58,175 nucleotides of DNA from Obrimoposthia wandeli (taxonomy: Eukaryota). The position numbers were made by a program, and so were the translations under genes. Position 1 is the stretch's first letter, and every line of letters starts with the position of its first letter. Of this stretch, positions 10,927 to 24,363 are shown one piece after another. The notes beneath the pieces were generated by a model. It was given only the letters and a program-made list of their open reading frames with translations, did not search any database and was not told the DNA's origin. The stretch covers positions 186,001 through 244,175 of the forward strand of contig CDROCS010004111.1 in assembly GCA_977020255.1 (NCBI GenBank). Reading direction: 5' to 3'.

Positions 10927-13619
10927 TTTTTAAATAAGTTATATAGTTTTGTTGGTTTAAATATAAATATTGAGATCCATTTCATATAATCTATGAATAT
11001 TTAGAAATATTTAAGTTACATTTTTTGTTTTATAACTATTGAAATTGACATACTGTTCGTCAACCCAAAATAATCCGGTGTATCATTATATTACTCTCTT
11101 CTTATCGTTGCATATTGCGATGTTACTATATTATGTTTAATAAGAGAACATTAATAAAATTAAATTAAGTGATTTATTCAGTATTTTCTGTCATCCTAAA
11201 TTTTTTAATATTTTTAACATAATATAATTCAAGGTAATTCAATTCGCAGCCTTCAAGATTGTAATTTTTTCTGAATTAATATTTTATCACAACAAAATTA
11301 CGAAAATAACTGATTATGAAGATTTGAAGTTATATAAAATTGATAAATATGAAATGACCATGACTAAATACTTTTCACTAACTCAAGATATTTCGTTTAA
11401 TTTTCGCCGGTAAAATCTTAAACAAAACGATAACTTTGTTTAAAATATTTCACTTTATCTGTTTTATTGAAGGGTTCATTGTACTTTTTATTTTTATGTG
11501 TAAGTCGCTTTAATGTATTTTTCAGTAATTTTTAAAAGTTGACATGAACAAGTCTACGGTGAGTTTTTAAAGCTCAGTTAAGGTCATCGAAGTTTAAAAT
11601 AATATTAACCTACTTAACCAAAACTAATAAGCAACAATTAATTTGTCAAATTTACTACAAAGCTTACGTTAGAATTGCATACATTTTTGCAAAATACGTA
11701 CTTTATATTAAGAGAAAATTAATTTTACTCTAATGTATCAAAAGTGTTTAATTTTCACATAATTTTACGTCAGTATCAAATATACATTATATGTGAAAAT
11801 CAAATCACATTATCGTTACAAATCTCTACGTCAATAAAGATTATAATTGTCCGTCAATTATGAAAAATACTTTTTACAGTTATATTTTAGGTTTGCGTCA
11901 TTAGATCAAAAGAGTGGACAATTTTTCTCACCTCAGTCTATTATTATCATAATTTCCACTCAACTAACAATTATAATTAAAGAGCCACATTAGTGAATTT
12001 AAAATATGAAGATGCAGAAAAGTACCCCATACATTTATTCCACTCTATACATTCTCAGTACTCCCAAATTACGCACAAAAATTGAAAATGGATATGTTGG
12101 CAAGTTTATTACTATCAGAAATGAAGAATGCACCTTGCTGCAGCAGTAAACTACAAGTAATTAATATTTCCATTAGTAAACAATGTTAATTAACCCGTGT
12201 AAAAGTGGCTGATGACAAAGTGCATGGAGAAAACTGGACCAATTACTGCAGTAGCCAAACGCAAACAGCATCGGCCATAAAATACGGGCGTTCATGTTCT
12301 TTTTAATTAATCTGAGAGGTGTGAATACAGAAATGCCGAGTCAAGCTGCTTTGTCGGTATTATCTCTACAAATGGCTGGTGGTGTTGCTGCCATCTCCTC
12401 TGAAAGACTTTTGTGATAATTGCATCGGTAGAGCTGTTGTAGCACATCCAAATTTTGCGGTCATTTTCTTCAACCAGGCATCAATCACACATCATCATAA
12501 TCATCATCATCCCGCAGACCCACAAAATCATTACATTCCAATTTCTTGGCCTCTTTACGATGATATTTCTATCAAATTGTAATGGCAATTCGGTTCATGT
12601 TTTTGTCAATATTCGGTGCCGCTTGCAGAAAACCATTTATTCCGGCAAGCTCCGATTTCCAACTCATCATGGAAATTTTTCTATGAGGGTTAGACAAACC
12701 ATGAAACTCATACGAGGATGATCAAGTACTCTTATCCTAGAAATGGAATAGACCGCGAAATTCAAACCATGGTGGGTTATTGGCCATTTGGTCTAATAAA
12801 TACTATATTCTGTATAATATTATGGCAATATATAGCAAATATGAGGATCCAAAGAATTATTTTAATTCATATTCTGTTTATGTATCAAAAATAATTATTA
12901 TTATTACTAAATTGAAATTATTGATTTATTTTATATATAATGTTTTTCTACACAGTCTTTTGAAAATGTCAAGAGGTAAGTGTGATTTAATGATAAAACA
13001 TATTTAATTAATATTAAACAAGTGAATCGAGTTTATTATATAAGGGGACTATGAAGTATGTTAGACGGAAGAAGGCACGTTAAAAGGGATATAAAAATAA
13101 AGAATAGAAAAAGGGTTCTAAAGATAAAATATTATGAAAAGTTCAAGAACGTTATTATGAACTATTTAGATTATGAAAATACTATAGAACCAATAAACGT
13201 TCATGAAGACCAACACTTTGTGAAGCACATGCTATAAGAAGAGAAAATTCAGCTAAATTGCTAATTTTAAAGGTTGACAAAAGACATTCTCTAGAAACAA
13301 TTCGAAAGTAAATGTAAGAAAAGAGAAATAAACTTATGAGAAGAAAACAGAATCAAGACAACAGGATCAAATGGGTAAGAAGAAACATTTAAACCATTTT
13401 TATGACAATTAAATTTTTACTTATGAAAAAGGTTATATTCTTCAGGACCAGATAGTTATATTATTCGGGACCAGATGAATATGTTCTTCAGGACCAGAGA
13501 ACTATATTAAATACCAATATAAAGCGTATTTTAGTGGAGTTTCACTTTGACTCATGATTTGAAAGCAAAAAGGATATTTAATATATATTTATTTTAAAAA
13601 TGAAACATATTTTACAAAA

Positions 13620-14000
13620 AATGGACAACATCGTTAAGGAAAAGAATCATACATTTCAGATAGTGTCTTAATTATTTGTTTACATTCTTCGATAAACGCT
13701 TTCTTTAAATCTTTGATAGAGTTAAATATCTTATTAAATATTTTAGAGCTTTTTTACAAGTAACTCCTAAACCTTTTCAATTACATTTCGATTACATTTC
13801 GATATGGATAGAAAACTGTCCAGTTCAAAGTTGACGTGCAGTTATCATTGTCTTGTTGATAAGCTGAATGTCCTTTAAAGAATGACACAACTTATTGCTT
13901 CCTGAGTATATTTTGATAAATTTCAGAATTTATTTTATTGAATACAAACGTTTTGACCAATCTTTTTTGATATAAAATATCTCCCCGAACCATTACTTTT
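13620..14000 (-). mobile_element. Tc1-like transposase C-terminal remnant
   Basis: Minus-strand fragments VMVRG, INSEIYQNIL, YQQDN and DLKKAFIEE...MYDSFP*RC resemble Tc1 motifs (VMVWG, QQDN, SMP.RC). Confidence 0.5.
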
Positions 14001-15704
14001 GAGCCATGTGTGCTCATTGGAATATACAGTTTCTTTTATGCAAATAGTTACAGTTACATGGGTAACTATCAGGAATATTAAGACAAAATACTTTTCATAC
14101 AAAAATTATTATTATGACAGACAAAATTTTATTTAAATTATGTTTAGAAATTCTAACTTTTTTTCAAAGTGTTGTTTAGTCAACTTTAATAAAGATTTTA
14201 GCTTACTTCTTTTAGTGTTTAAATACCTAATAATATTTCCACTACTTTATATACTATTTGAACCTTCAATTTTCCCTCCCATTTATTAAATACAAATATT
14301 AATAGTTAAACTTCAATATACTTTCCTATCATTTCGCTGTTTCTTTTATAGCAGTATGGTTCATTAATTGTCAACACGATGAACCCATCAAATAATGTTG
14401 AGTTCCATAACGGTTCTTGCATAGATTTTAAACAATATCAACCTCATTTTTCTTAAATTAGAACCATCAATTTTTGGCTTTACTTCGATTGAAAAATATG
14501 AATAATCAGAAAATACACTTTTAGTACTAAGTATGAAATTAACAAACTTGTCTTTACAAAAATGTCAATTTCCTTACCATTATTAACTAATAAAAATAAA
14601 GATTTTGCGTATATAATATGTTTTTTATGTAAAACAGAGTACCTTATAATTAATTATTGGACTATAGTATAATATTAAATTAAAACCTTTATTTTCACTA
14701 ATAAAAATGCAAGATTTGGGACAAAGTAATAATTTTCTGCCTCAATACAAATACACATTTAAACTTGAGATTAAAAAACATCTAAACACAAAAATAAATG
14801 AAAAAACATTAATATTTGATTACAAAAATCATTGGAAAAATAAGTTTAAGATCCCTTAAATCAAAGAAACTGTCTGCAATCAAATTTGATGCCTCTTGTG
14901 TGGCTGGGTTTGCTGATTAGTTGAGCTAATTCAATAATTGTTCCCTCCATGTTTCCAAAAAGCAGATGTTGATGCAATTGAATAAATAAATACTTGGTTT
15001 AATGATAAACAACGTCGGATAACTTTTAATTATTTACACAGCCTTTCTGATTGTTTATTTATTTAAAATTTATACTGAAAACAACTTTTTAAATAAATTA
15101 TTCTAATCAATTTAACTTCTTTCCAATCAACACAACACACTGTAAACAAAGCGTGAATTTAGCAATATGTTCAACGACTTTGTACATATCATAGCGTTAA
15201 TGACATTAACATTAAATTGTTTCTCTTTGTCACAAAATGCATTGCTTTGCAACTGTATAAATAGTTTGTGGCCGTATTTCTACTCATATACATGTTTCAG
15301 TCTTGTTAGGCCTTATCAGTATGAGATAGGTTTGATAAGCTGAGTCACTTTCCCAGGTCTTTATTGGTTGCTATTTTTAAACCTTTGGCATGATTTTTAA
15401 ACACCTATTGACTCAAATCAATATAAAACTGATGGGAAAAAAAGTCAAAAATAACTATGTATAAAATATTTTAGTACTCATAAATCCAAATCGCATTCGG
15501 GCAGGATGTAGTATCTGAAAGCAGCAGATATATCGAATTTTCTTCGGTGCATCACAACTTAGTGTACTTTCTTTCTATTTTTTCAAACAATGTAACAATT
15601 TCGCTCGTCAATGAATAATTTTTTCTATCACGATTTTTGGCACAGACAGTTAGATTTTATGTACTCGAGTGACAATTTGAGCAAATAGGTGGATACTCAC
15701 GCAC

Positions 15705-15997
15705 ATTGAAGGATGTCTGATAGGGCAGTGTGGATGCCGCACGAAAGTGCTCATTGGCAAGGCCAATGGCAGTCTTGTTGGCGGTTAGGAAGTGGTCGGG
15801 TGAATGAGGCAGCCCCTGCAGTTGCTGCTGCTGTTGGTCGAGACTCATGGTCATGCCATCTCCGAGAGGCAACATCCCGATCGAGGCATGTCTGGTGAGG
15901 GGACTAGGTCGTGCATGAAGATTCATGATGGAGTAGTCGCCCCCACCACCGCCGCTGCCGACCATGCCGTATCCATCCCGTATGGGACTGCAGTTGT
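15705..15997 (-). CDS. Protocadherin-like gene, juxtamembrane cytoplasmic exon
   Basis: Acceptor ...gtaccag| before 15997. The phase-1 join gives DNCSPIRDGYGMVGSGGGGG...QTSFN. Donor gtgcgt (15704) keeps frame with the next exon; an alternative donor gtgagt lies at 15700. Confidence 0.8.
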
Positions 15998-16343
15998 CTG
16001 GTACACAATAACATGATATTACTTGTTACATAATATATAAACAAATTTAAGTTTATTTTAACAAATTACTTGATTAATGAAATTCCAAAAATATAACCAA
16101 ATACTAACATTTAACAAAGCTCATAAATGTTAATAAAATTTACAACAATAAAAATTATGTACGCTACAAAATGCAACTAAAACTACCCAACCCCCATCTC
16201 TTTATCTTTATGATAATTGAGCAGGTCAAGTTAAGAATTAAAATTGTATATATTTCTAATTCTAAATTTAGTTCTTAAATACTGTTTGTTGCTAGAGAAG
16301 ATCTTCGTGTTTCACATGCCAGTCTCTTTGTGTATGATTTGGA

Positions 16344-16564
16344 CAATTCGAAAATTAGAACAATATGTTTGATTGTGGGGCAATTTTAATTTCAAACGAA
16401 AACTCTGGGTCTCTTATTTGCAATTTTATAGTCTAGTGTTTTGTAAAATTTAACCTTGATTTTACAAAACACTAGACTATAAAATTGCAAATAAGATACC
16501 CATGGTTTTCGTTTGAAATTAAAATTGCCCCACAATCAAACATATTGTTTTAATTTTCGAATTG
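16344..16564. repeat. Long near-perfect palindrome: 106-bp arms, 9-nt loop
   Basis: 16344-16449 is the reverse complement of 16459-16564, with about 4 mismatches. Confidence 0.95.
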
Positions 16565-16844
16565 AGGTTTTGACTGGAATTCATTTATACTTTAAAATGA
16601 TGTTTGGTACATTGACATACGACCTTTAAAGCATAGAAATGTCTATTACGTTTTAATTAATAAACATTTTATTAAATAGTTTTTGCACGATAGTTGAAGA
16701 ACGATAGTTCTAACATATATAGTAAGATATTAGGAAGGGAGTAATAAGATGTGCTTGCATTTTAATTTGAAAACAATTTATAAGATTGTCAAACATTTGT
16801 TTACATATTTGGAAGGATTTACTTTCAATACATTTAAAATGTCG

Positions 16845-17260
16845 AATTATGAGTCAATGAATCAACATTTGCATGAAGCTTCACTTCATTATTTTATTTT
16901 GAAGATATGAGCTGGTGAAAGTCATCGTTTGCTCATAAATAAATATGGTGATGATGCTCCATCTGAAGAATCTGTAGATATTGGTTTAAACGATTTAGAA
17001 ACGATCATTTAGATTTGAAAGGAAAAGAATGCTCAAATGCATCATAAAGGTGAAGTGGAATTATAAGTATTATTTGACGAAGATCTATGTCAAACACTGA
17101 AAGAGCTCTCATACCCATTTATTGTTGATGAATCAACTGAAAGGGAACGTTTAACAGCAATGAGGATGATTCAAAGTTGGGAAATTGTCTACCACATTAT
17201 TTGAAAGAAATAAGTATTGAAATGTGTCTAACCACGTGAAAATGTTTGCTTCAAAATTTA
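16845..17260 (+). mobile_element. mariner transposase N-terminal remnant
   Basis: HLHEASLHYFILK...ESHRLLINKYGDDAPSE...WFKRF...LFDEDLCQTLKELS...MIQ..GN matches the Mos1-type HTH region; frameshifted. Confidence 0.8.
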
Positions 17261-17322
17261 ATTAGGGGTTTAGTTTTATTTATACATGATAGTTTTCTTA
17301 ATAGTACAATATTATTTCTCAC

Positions 17323-17533
17323 CATTTATAGATTTGATTGTGTGATTGACCCCTTGCTGATTGGAGGAGCCACGAGACTTCTGCAGTACAACGCAAATAG
17401 CCACCAGTAGGATCACCGATATGACGAATGAGGCAATGACAATGGCCACTATGATGTAGAGGTTGAGGGCCTCCATGTTGGGTGAGTGGGGATCAAACTG
17501 GTGACCAATCGGGGGCGAGCTGTCGACCTTTAT
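17323..17533 (-). CDS. Protocadherin-like gene, transmembrane exon
   Basis: Acceptor ccag| and donor |gtgaga. 211 nt, phase 0 to 1. Encodes IKVDSSPPIG...LYIIVAIVIASFVISVILLVAICVVLQKSR (TM helix). Confidence 0.88.
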
Positions 17534-18299
17534 CTGGAGTAGATATCAATTGCTCCTCAAATATATATTTACATCATGATAATGAGTGTAATCTGTGATC
17601 CTTTAAACTTTAAATAAACATTATTTACCCTATAAATGTCTAGCTGATATATAATAAATTACAAATAATTAAATAGTTCATATATTTTATGTAAACACGT
17701 GTAGATTAAACTTTAATTGATAATTAGACTGCTTGATGAATGTTAACTTATTTTTTATCTTTAACATAATAGCATATTTCTAGTCTGTGTGCATTATCTC
17801 GTCGGGATTTGACACATCGACAATTTCAGGAAACCCTGTTTATACACATAATAACGATTTGACACGCACTTAAAACAGTATTAATGTTATATAAAAGCAT
17901 AAGGTTTTGCATAACAACCACCCCATATTATTTATGCCTCAGTAACATCATATTTCAACACCTCAGAGTGTTTTTTATTAATTGTCAACATGTTTCATTA
18001 TAAAACTCTTGTATGATAAAGCACTAAATATTTTCACCTTTAAACCGTCTTCTTTTTAGAAGTGGCGTATTTTAGAGGTTCATCATTTATGAATACATCC
18101 GAATTTTTACTGATTTCAAAAACATTATTTCGTTTCGATAAATTCAGTTTTATTTGTTCATTTATAACTTTGTTTTCGATTTCTTGCAATTACAAACCAT
18201 AACTTACCTATTGATCACGATATATGAACTTCAAAATAAAATTTAATTTGTTAGAGAAATATATTATATTAAGGTATAAATAAAACCACATATAGTTTA

Positions 18300-18560
18300 A
18301 AACGATGCCTAAATTTTAATTAATCTATAGGTATCAGAAAAAGGATTTTGAAAGTAAAAATGAAGTGTTTAAAGGTTTTGTTGGCTTGAATATAAATTCC
18401 ATCATTGGAAACGTGAGCCAAGTATTTCAGCTTGCCGTTTAGAACTATTAAAATATTTTGCTATGTCATTTAACTGTCCCACACTTTTAAATAATGGCTC
18501 TACATCAGCATTTCGTAATCTGTATCCGTAATATCATTTTCCATAAAAGTTCTTAATATT
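18300..18560 (-). mobile_element. Possible CMC/Chapaev3-like transposase N-terminal remnant
   Basis: LNDIAKYFNSSKRQAEILGSRFQ*WNL resembles the LNDL...SK..AELLGSRL..WNLL motif of that family as I recall it. Confidence 0.3.
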
Positions 18561-19746
18561 TTCATCCCATACGGAAATTTTACTAATTAAAAAGGAAAAT
18601 TAAATTAAAAAATACAATTATTAAATATGCTTTTTAGGACATAAAGGTTAACTTTTTTAAATATATTGGTGCATGAAATACAAATACAAACATTCATTAA
18701 TAGAAAAAAATCATTTTACATTAAAATATTTTTACAGAAAATAAACTGAATATTTTTACAAATCCAAAAAAAATTTGGTTACTAGGAAATTGTTTAGAAA
18801 ATGATTTTTCTATTATTTTACGATGGGTACCTTGTGTCATCAGCTTTGAAGTATGTCCCTTTATATAGCCATTATCTTGAAAATAAAAGTAAAATGTTAG
18901 CATTTAATTATTCAAAAGTTTCGTTATTCTACTATTTGTATTTAGTTTTAGATAAAAGTAATAGTACATATTTATTTTCTTGTTTAATTAAGTTGGATGT
19001 TGAAAGGAAAACAAAGTTTACTAATTATTTTTAAATCAATTATTGTAAATAAATGAGATAATCAAATAAATTTTCTATAAATGTTCTTAAATAGTCTTTT
19101 AAATAATTATTTTTTATGTATATAGGTTACATTAATAAACAAGGTATACTAATTTTTGTAATATAAATAAAACTAAAGTTTATAATATTATTGCTTTTGA
19201 CTTATTTTGAAGTTCAATTGATTTTTTTAAACATATACTTATTGAACAAATAAAACAATTTTTAAAATAGTTCGATCTCAAATTATTTTAAACCTACTTT
19301 AAATCTAATTTTTTAATAATTTAATTAGACATATGATTTTAAATATAACAAATTTAAAAACAGACTTTCAATAATTTGTTTAATTTATTTTCCCATTTAA
19401 TATAAATATATTAAACATAAATTGGTTGTCAATTTAATACTGTACACATATAAAATAAATACCGTTTGGAATAATTCCTTCTTAAAAATATTTAAATGTT
19501 ACTAATAAAATAAATATTAAGGTCTCATTTTTAGATTTATAAATAAATAAACTAATTATCAATAAATATCATATATCAACAAGTAACGAATTGATCAAAT
19601 AACAATTTTCCGCAAAACTGTCGATTTAACTACTTACCAATTCAACCGAATTATTTATGAAAATGGTTTCATTGTTTTATCAATTGAATAATATTTTCTG
19701 TTTTCACCATCTTATTGGCGCCTATTTAAAATTATGAAAATTAAAG

Positions 19747-20193
19747 TGACAGTATTCGACAGTCCCTACTTTTGAATTTGCCGCTAAAAACTCATAAAAA
19801 TAAATACGTATTATTAAAACAATAAGTTAAAATATTAATTTTAGATATTTTACCATTTATTTGTAAAATCATTTTAAAAAATTTAGAATTTTTGGAATGC
19901 ATTTTAATATGATGATAATATTTTACAATCAAATAGTCATATGCATTTTTATTTATTGTTATTTTTTAATTTATTATTACAATGATTTATGTTATATGTT
20001 AATAATATGTTGTTTTTAATATGTTAATACTATTTAAATATAGAAATTTCATTATTATAATTAAGACTTCCTTTTAAATAAACAATTGAATTATTATATT
20101 AATTTATTGAAATTATTAAAATATCTGACCTATTTTTATTTTTTTCACTTTAAAAAATAAAACAAAATTGTGGACATCGGTCGAATACTGTCA
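19747..20193. mobile_element. MITE-like element with 14-bp terminal inverted repeats
   Basis: TGACAGTATTCGAC (19747-19760) and GTCGAATACTGTCA (20180-20193); AT-rich non-coding interior. Confidence 0.5.
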
Positions 20194-21759
20194 TTAAAGT
20201 TGCCTGAAATGAATTAAGTAATCCACTTGTTAATGAAGTAGAAATCAAAGGTTTTCGTTGATATTTTATTCAGCTTTCTTAATTTTTTATTAATATAAAT
20301 TTTGACTTTAGATAATTATTTTTATTATGTAATATTTTTTTATTAAAACATTTTCAAATTATGAAATTACATGTTGTATCTGTCGTATTATTGGATTCTT
20401 AATGTTTTCAAATACTGATTTTCTATATCTAAAATCGGATCATTTTCTAAAGATTTTGCACTTACCACAAAATAATTCAGAAAATATGAAATTTTTATTA
20501 ACAAAAAATTCCAACAGAAAATTGAAATATTTATTTGAAAGATCTGCTTGTTCATTGGAACAACATACAACAATCTTTAATATTAATAACATAGTACAAC
20601 ATGAAAAAAGAATAGTTTTGTATTTTGATTAAGACAAAAAGGTTTTAAATATGATTTTATATCGATTGAGAAATTTTTTATATTTTATTATTAAATTATC
20701 ACTATAATTTTTAAAATTTCTGTATCGAAGGAAGATGCTAAGAGATTATTTTGTAACATTTAATTATTAAACAAATATTTTAACTATTTAATATATTAAT
20801 TTATATTCGAATTAAACATCATTGTGTTTATTCTATTTTAATACGTATTTAAAAAAAACTAAAATAAGCATCTAATTTGAAATATTACAAGTTTTTAAAA
20901 AGATTTGTCATCATTTAATTATCTATTTTACTTTTATAACTTATTTTTGCAAATATTAAGCATATATTTTTCGTCAATTTAATATTATGAACATGTATTA
21001 AAATTAATAAGACTGAAGGATATCATTTTAGATTATTTCCTCATTAGACTAGAGCCATTCCATTATGTTACACAGTGTCATACATGAGTTTTTTCGTGCA
21101 TGCTTTAGGTTATATTTTAATATAATTTTTAAAGTTTTTTATAAAATTTAATTATCGTTTATTTTATTTATCATTTCTAAATTTTACATTATATTAGAGG
21201 ATTATTAGAGTCAATTAGAATTTGTCACTTTTAAAACATTATTTATTTCAGTCTTTGTTTAAATCACGATAAATCTTTAAATATAGTTAGGAAAGACAAG
21301 TGCAAGCAATATTCTTAAAAAGCACTAAAATCTCAAATCTTAGGTAAATAAACAAATATGTTTTGAGTAAATCATTATAGTGATAGGAAATTAATTTTAT
21401 GATGCAATAAAATTGTAATTCAAAATTTATATTATTTGAAAATGATTTTAGATAATTTGTTGAATGATTTTGAGAGTAATAATCATTTTAAAGAAACTGT
21501 CGAATTTAAAAAGTCTTTCATTTTGTTGTTTTTGTTATTAAAAATGAATATCATAAGATATATGACTTGATTACCAGGGCAACCCACATTTTGACTCTAT
21601 TTTTGGATTATTTCAACTTTATATTTAATTTATTTTTTATTATTAAGAAAAACATCACAATTCCGATAAAGAATACATATACTTGAGCACATCTTAATTA
21701 CCATATTATTGAGAAGATATTTCTTTCCACTTATAGTGCACTATATCCAACATTTAATT

Positions 21760-22330
21760 TTCTGTAGACGAAGTGTAATATAGTTTTTTTATACAAAATG
21801 GATCATTATGAAAATTCAGTTTATTTAGATCATTGTAAGCCTGATCTATAGATTAGTTACTGCTTTCAAAGAACTATCTTTTTAACTTCAGGAAAATTTT
21901 GAACAAAATTTAAGGCTGTCGTTTACCAACTTTCCCATCTAGTCACTACTACAACAGGAGGATAACCAACATCAAGGAAGACATATTTTTTGTGTTTTAA
22001 TTTTAGTAATTGATGCTTTTATACTTGATATCATATAATTTACATCGAAATAATGAGCTTTTATTCGTAACAAACAATTATTAAATAGGTGCACAATGCA
22101 GTTGACGTAATCAGCAATTTAATTACATCGTCAATAATACTTGTTATTATATTTCCATTAGGTGCAGTTTTAATTACTTTCCAATAGGCAACATACGTCT
22201 TATTAGGTTTTTAAAATTCTCCAATGAAAACCACGACAAAATTATTTCCTGACACTTGGGATTCGTCAATAACTAAAATTATTTCGTCTTCTATTATATT
22301 TTTAATCATATTCTATAATCGCCAATCTAT
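21760..22330 (-). mobile_element. hAT-type transposase remnant
   Basis: Minus-strand YVNCIVHLFN (CxxH motif) and YPPVVVVTRWESW*TTALNF (TRW motif) appear in the expected order. Confidence 0.45.
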
Positions 22331-22769
22331 CCACTCCACAAAAAAGTTTAATAAACTCAAAATACTTTACTAATTTTTTTTCATAAATATTTAAATTTAC
22401 GTAAATTTTTTTTAAATTTTCTTAATGTATTTAAACAATTTTTATTTTTACATCAATTTTTTTAAAATATATTATTTTCATTTATTTTATTATTTTTTTA
22501 AAAATAGACTAGTAAAAAATTATATAAAATATTTACTTGAAATACCTGATATTTTGACTGTATTTTGACTTTGTGAATAATTTTGAATTTATAACTAATT
22601 ATAACTTAATATGACTTTGGTTGCCCTATCATTGATTACATTTTATCAATAATATCAAATATGAAGACAAAAATGACTTTAACAACAGAACACCACATTT
22701 GTATCGTTCTTCGAATGTCACCAAATAATTTGTCAATAATTCTTGTTTTGTCGAATTTGGAGAGGAAGT

Positions 22770-23160
22770 GGCTAATTTTTATACAGTTATAAAAAATGGC
22801 TCAACTCAGCATAAGTCGATGTTTGGGTTGGTTAAGGATAACACAAATGAATATTTCCTAACACCATTTTAACAAGATAGTTCTCCATCTCATTACGGAC
22901 CTTTACGTTTGACAATTTTTTGATACATTTTCAAATAGTTGGTGGGTGGGTGATACTTCCTTCATTTGTAGTGCAAAACGTTCTGACTCGAGCCCAGGCG
23001 ATTGTTTCTTGAGGAGATAATTGAGAGATAATATGTCACAATGTGAGAGTTGAGTCCTTAAATACGGAAAGAAAGAAATCAAGATATGGGATATATTGAA
23101 TAAACCTGTTTCGAGTCTTATACAAAAATGTCAATTGTATATTGACATAATGGATATCAT
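22770..23160 (+). mobile_element. Tc1/IS630-like transposase catalytic-domain remnant
   Basis: *QDSSPSHY...FSNSWWVG...KRSDSSPGDCFL..LRD resembles QQDGAPPH...FPNRWIG...PRSPDLTPLDFFLWG. Confidence 0.5.
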
Positions 23161-23326
23161 TTGGAAAATGTTTAATGCGTTTTGGTTTGATAAATTTTTT
23201 TATTGTAAAAGTCGCTCAAATTTAAAATATATTTAAATATATATGTAGCTAAAATTAACCACTAATTCATCGATGAATGATTAAAATCTACATATATCAA
23301 TTACTTTTAGTCTTATGTAGACTCAC

Positions 23327-23539
23327 ATTTATAGTAACGGAGCTACTGCGGGGAGGGGTACCCATGTCCCGAGCCACCACAACCACATGGTAGATCCGGG
23401 CGTCTGCAGAGCTGAGTTTCTTGGCCAAACGTAATTCTCCCGTTTTTGGGTCCAAGTAAAACTTCATTTCTGGGTCTCCACGATCGATGTTGTACTGCAC
23501 CGTGGCATTGGGTCCTTCGTCGCGATCGTATGCCCCAAT
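23327..23539 (-). CDS. Protocadherin-like gene, last extracellular cadherin repeat exon
   Basis: Acceptor ccggcag| and donor |gtgagt. 213 nt, phase 0-0. IGAYDRDEGPNATVQY...FYLDPKTGEL...VARDMGTPPRSSSVTIN contains the cadherin AxDxDxGxN and AxDxGxP motifs. Confidence 0.95.
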
Positions 23540-24325
23540 CTGCCGGAAAACAAGTAAGGTTAGGTTACCTTCTTCAAAAAATAGACTCAAATTTACTTAT
23601 CAATTTAGGTATCAATTAAAAGGAAAATAAAAAATGCTTTAGAAAAGGTTTAAAGTTATTTTCCACTTAAAATTGATCAGGCAATTTGGTCAAACTTGCA
23701 AGATTTGAGTGATATGATTTCAATGTAAAGTGGAGAGGAATCTGAGACTGTTAGGCAAAATATTTCATAAACGGATTCTGGAAGTCCACTTTTAATTTAT
23801 AATTTCGTTTCGTCTCTTATATGAATGATCGGCCAAAATCTGTAGTTTTTTAACATCAAATGAAGCACGACAAATGAGTACAAAACCTTTTTTTTGTATA
23901 CCTATATAAAATGAACCAATATAATACTTCAACTACTTTCGATAAAGAAATTAATAAAAAATAAAAACATATAGTATAGGCATACAAACTGTATTTCAAG
24001 AAATACTAGGAATTGAAGTTGTAATACATTTTTAATCACGCTACATAGATTATTTTTTGATACTTACGCAAAGTGAAAACCAAATAAAAATTCAAGTATT
24101 TTTGAATAGTCAATAATATGTTAATACAAATTTTCACTAGGTCCATCATGCAATATTCAGGGGTTCGAATATTCTAATAGCCTTTACATCAATTTCCTCT
24201 GTCTATTCTCGTTTTTAATGTAAAATATTTATCAGTTGCACAATATCAAAAATAAGGTTAATTAAATAAATACTTTTATTGATTAAATTTTTCCATATTT
24301 TTTATTTACCTATAGTTGTCGATAA

Positions 24326-24330
<5 letters not shown>

Positions 24331-24359
<29 letters not shown>
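24331..24359. repeat. (TA)n microsatellite
   Basis: Pure TA run of ~14 units. Confidence 0.95.

Positions 24360-24363
<4 letters not shown>

Noticed and set aside
11680-11900. Several CRE/ATF-like (T)TACGTCA / TGCGTCA half-sites right of the Polinton
   Set aside because: Short motifs that could arise by chance; no independent support that they belong to the element's right end.
12134-12150. 17-nt candidate micro-exon (phase 1 to 0) bridging protocadherin exons
   Set aside because: The donor is weak (gtgcat) and the exon is unnecessary because the upstream tandem donor at 15704 already gives an in-frame join.
2910-16016. Plus-strand ORFs 2910-3113, 15713-15898 and 15804-16016
   Set aside because: Antisense shadows of GC-rich protocadherin exons.
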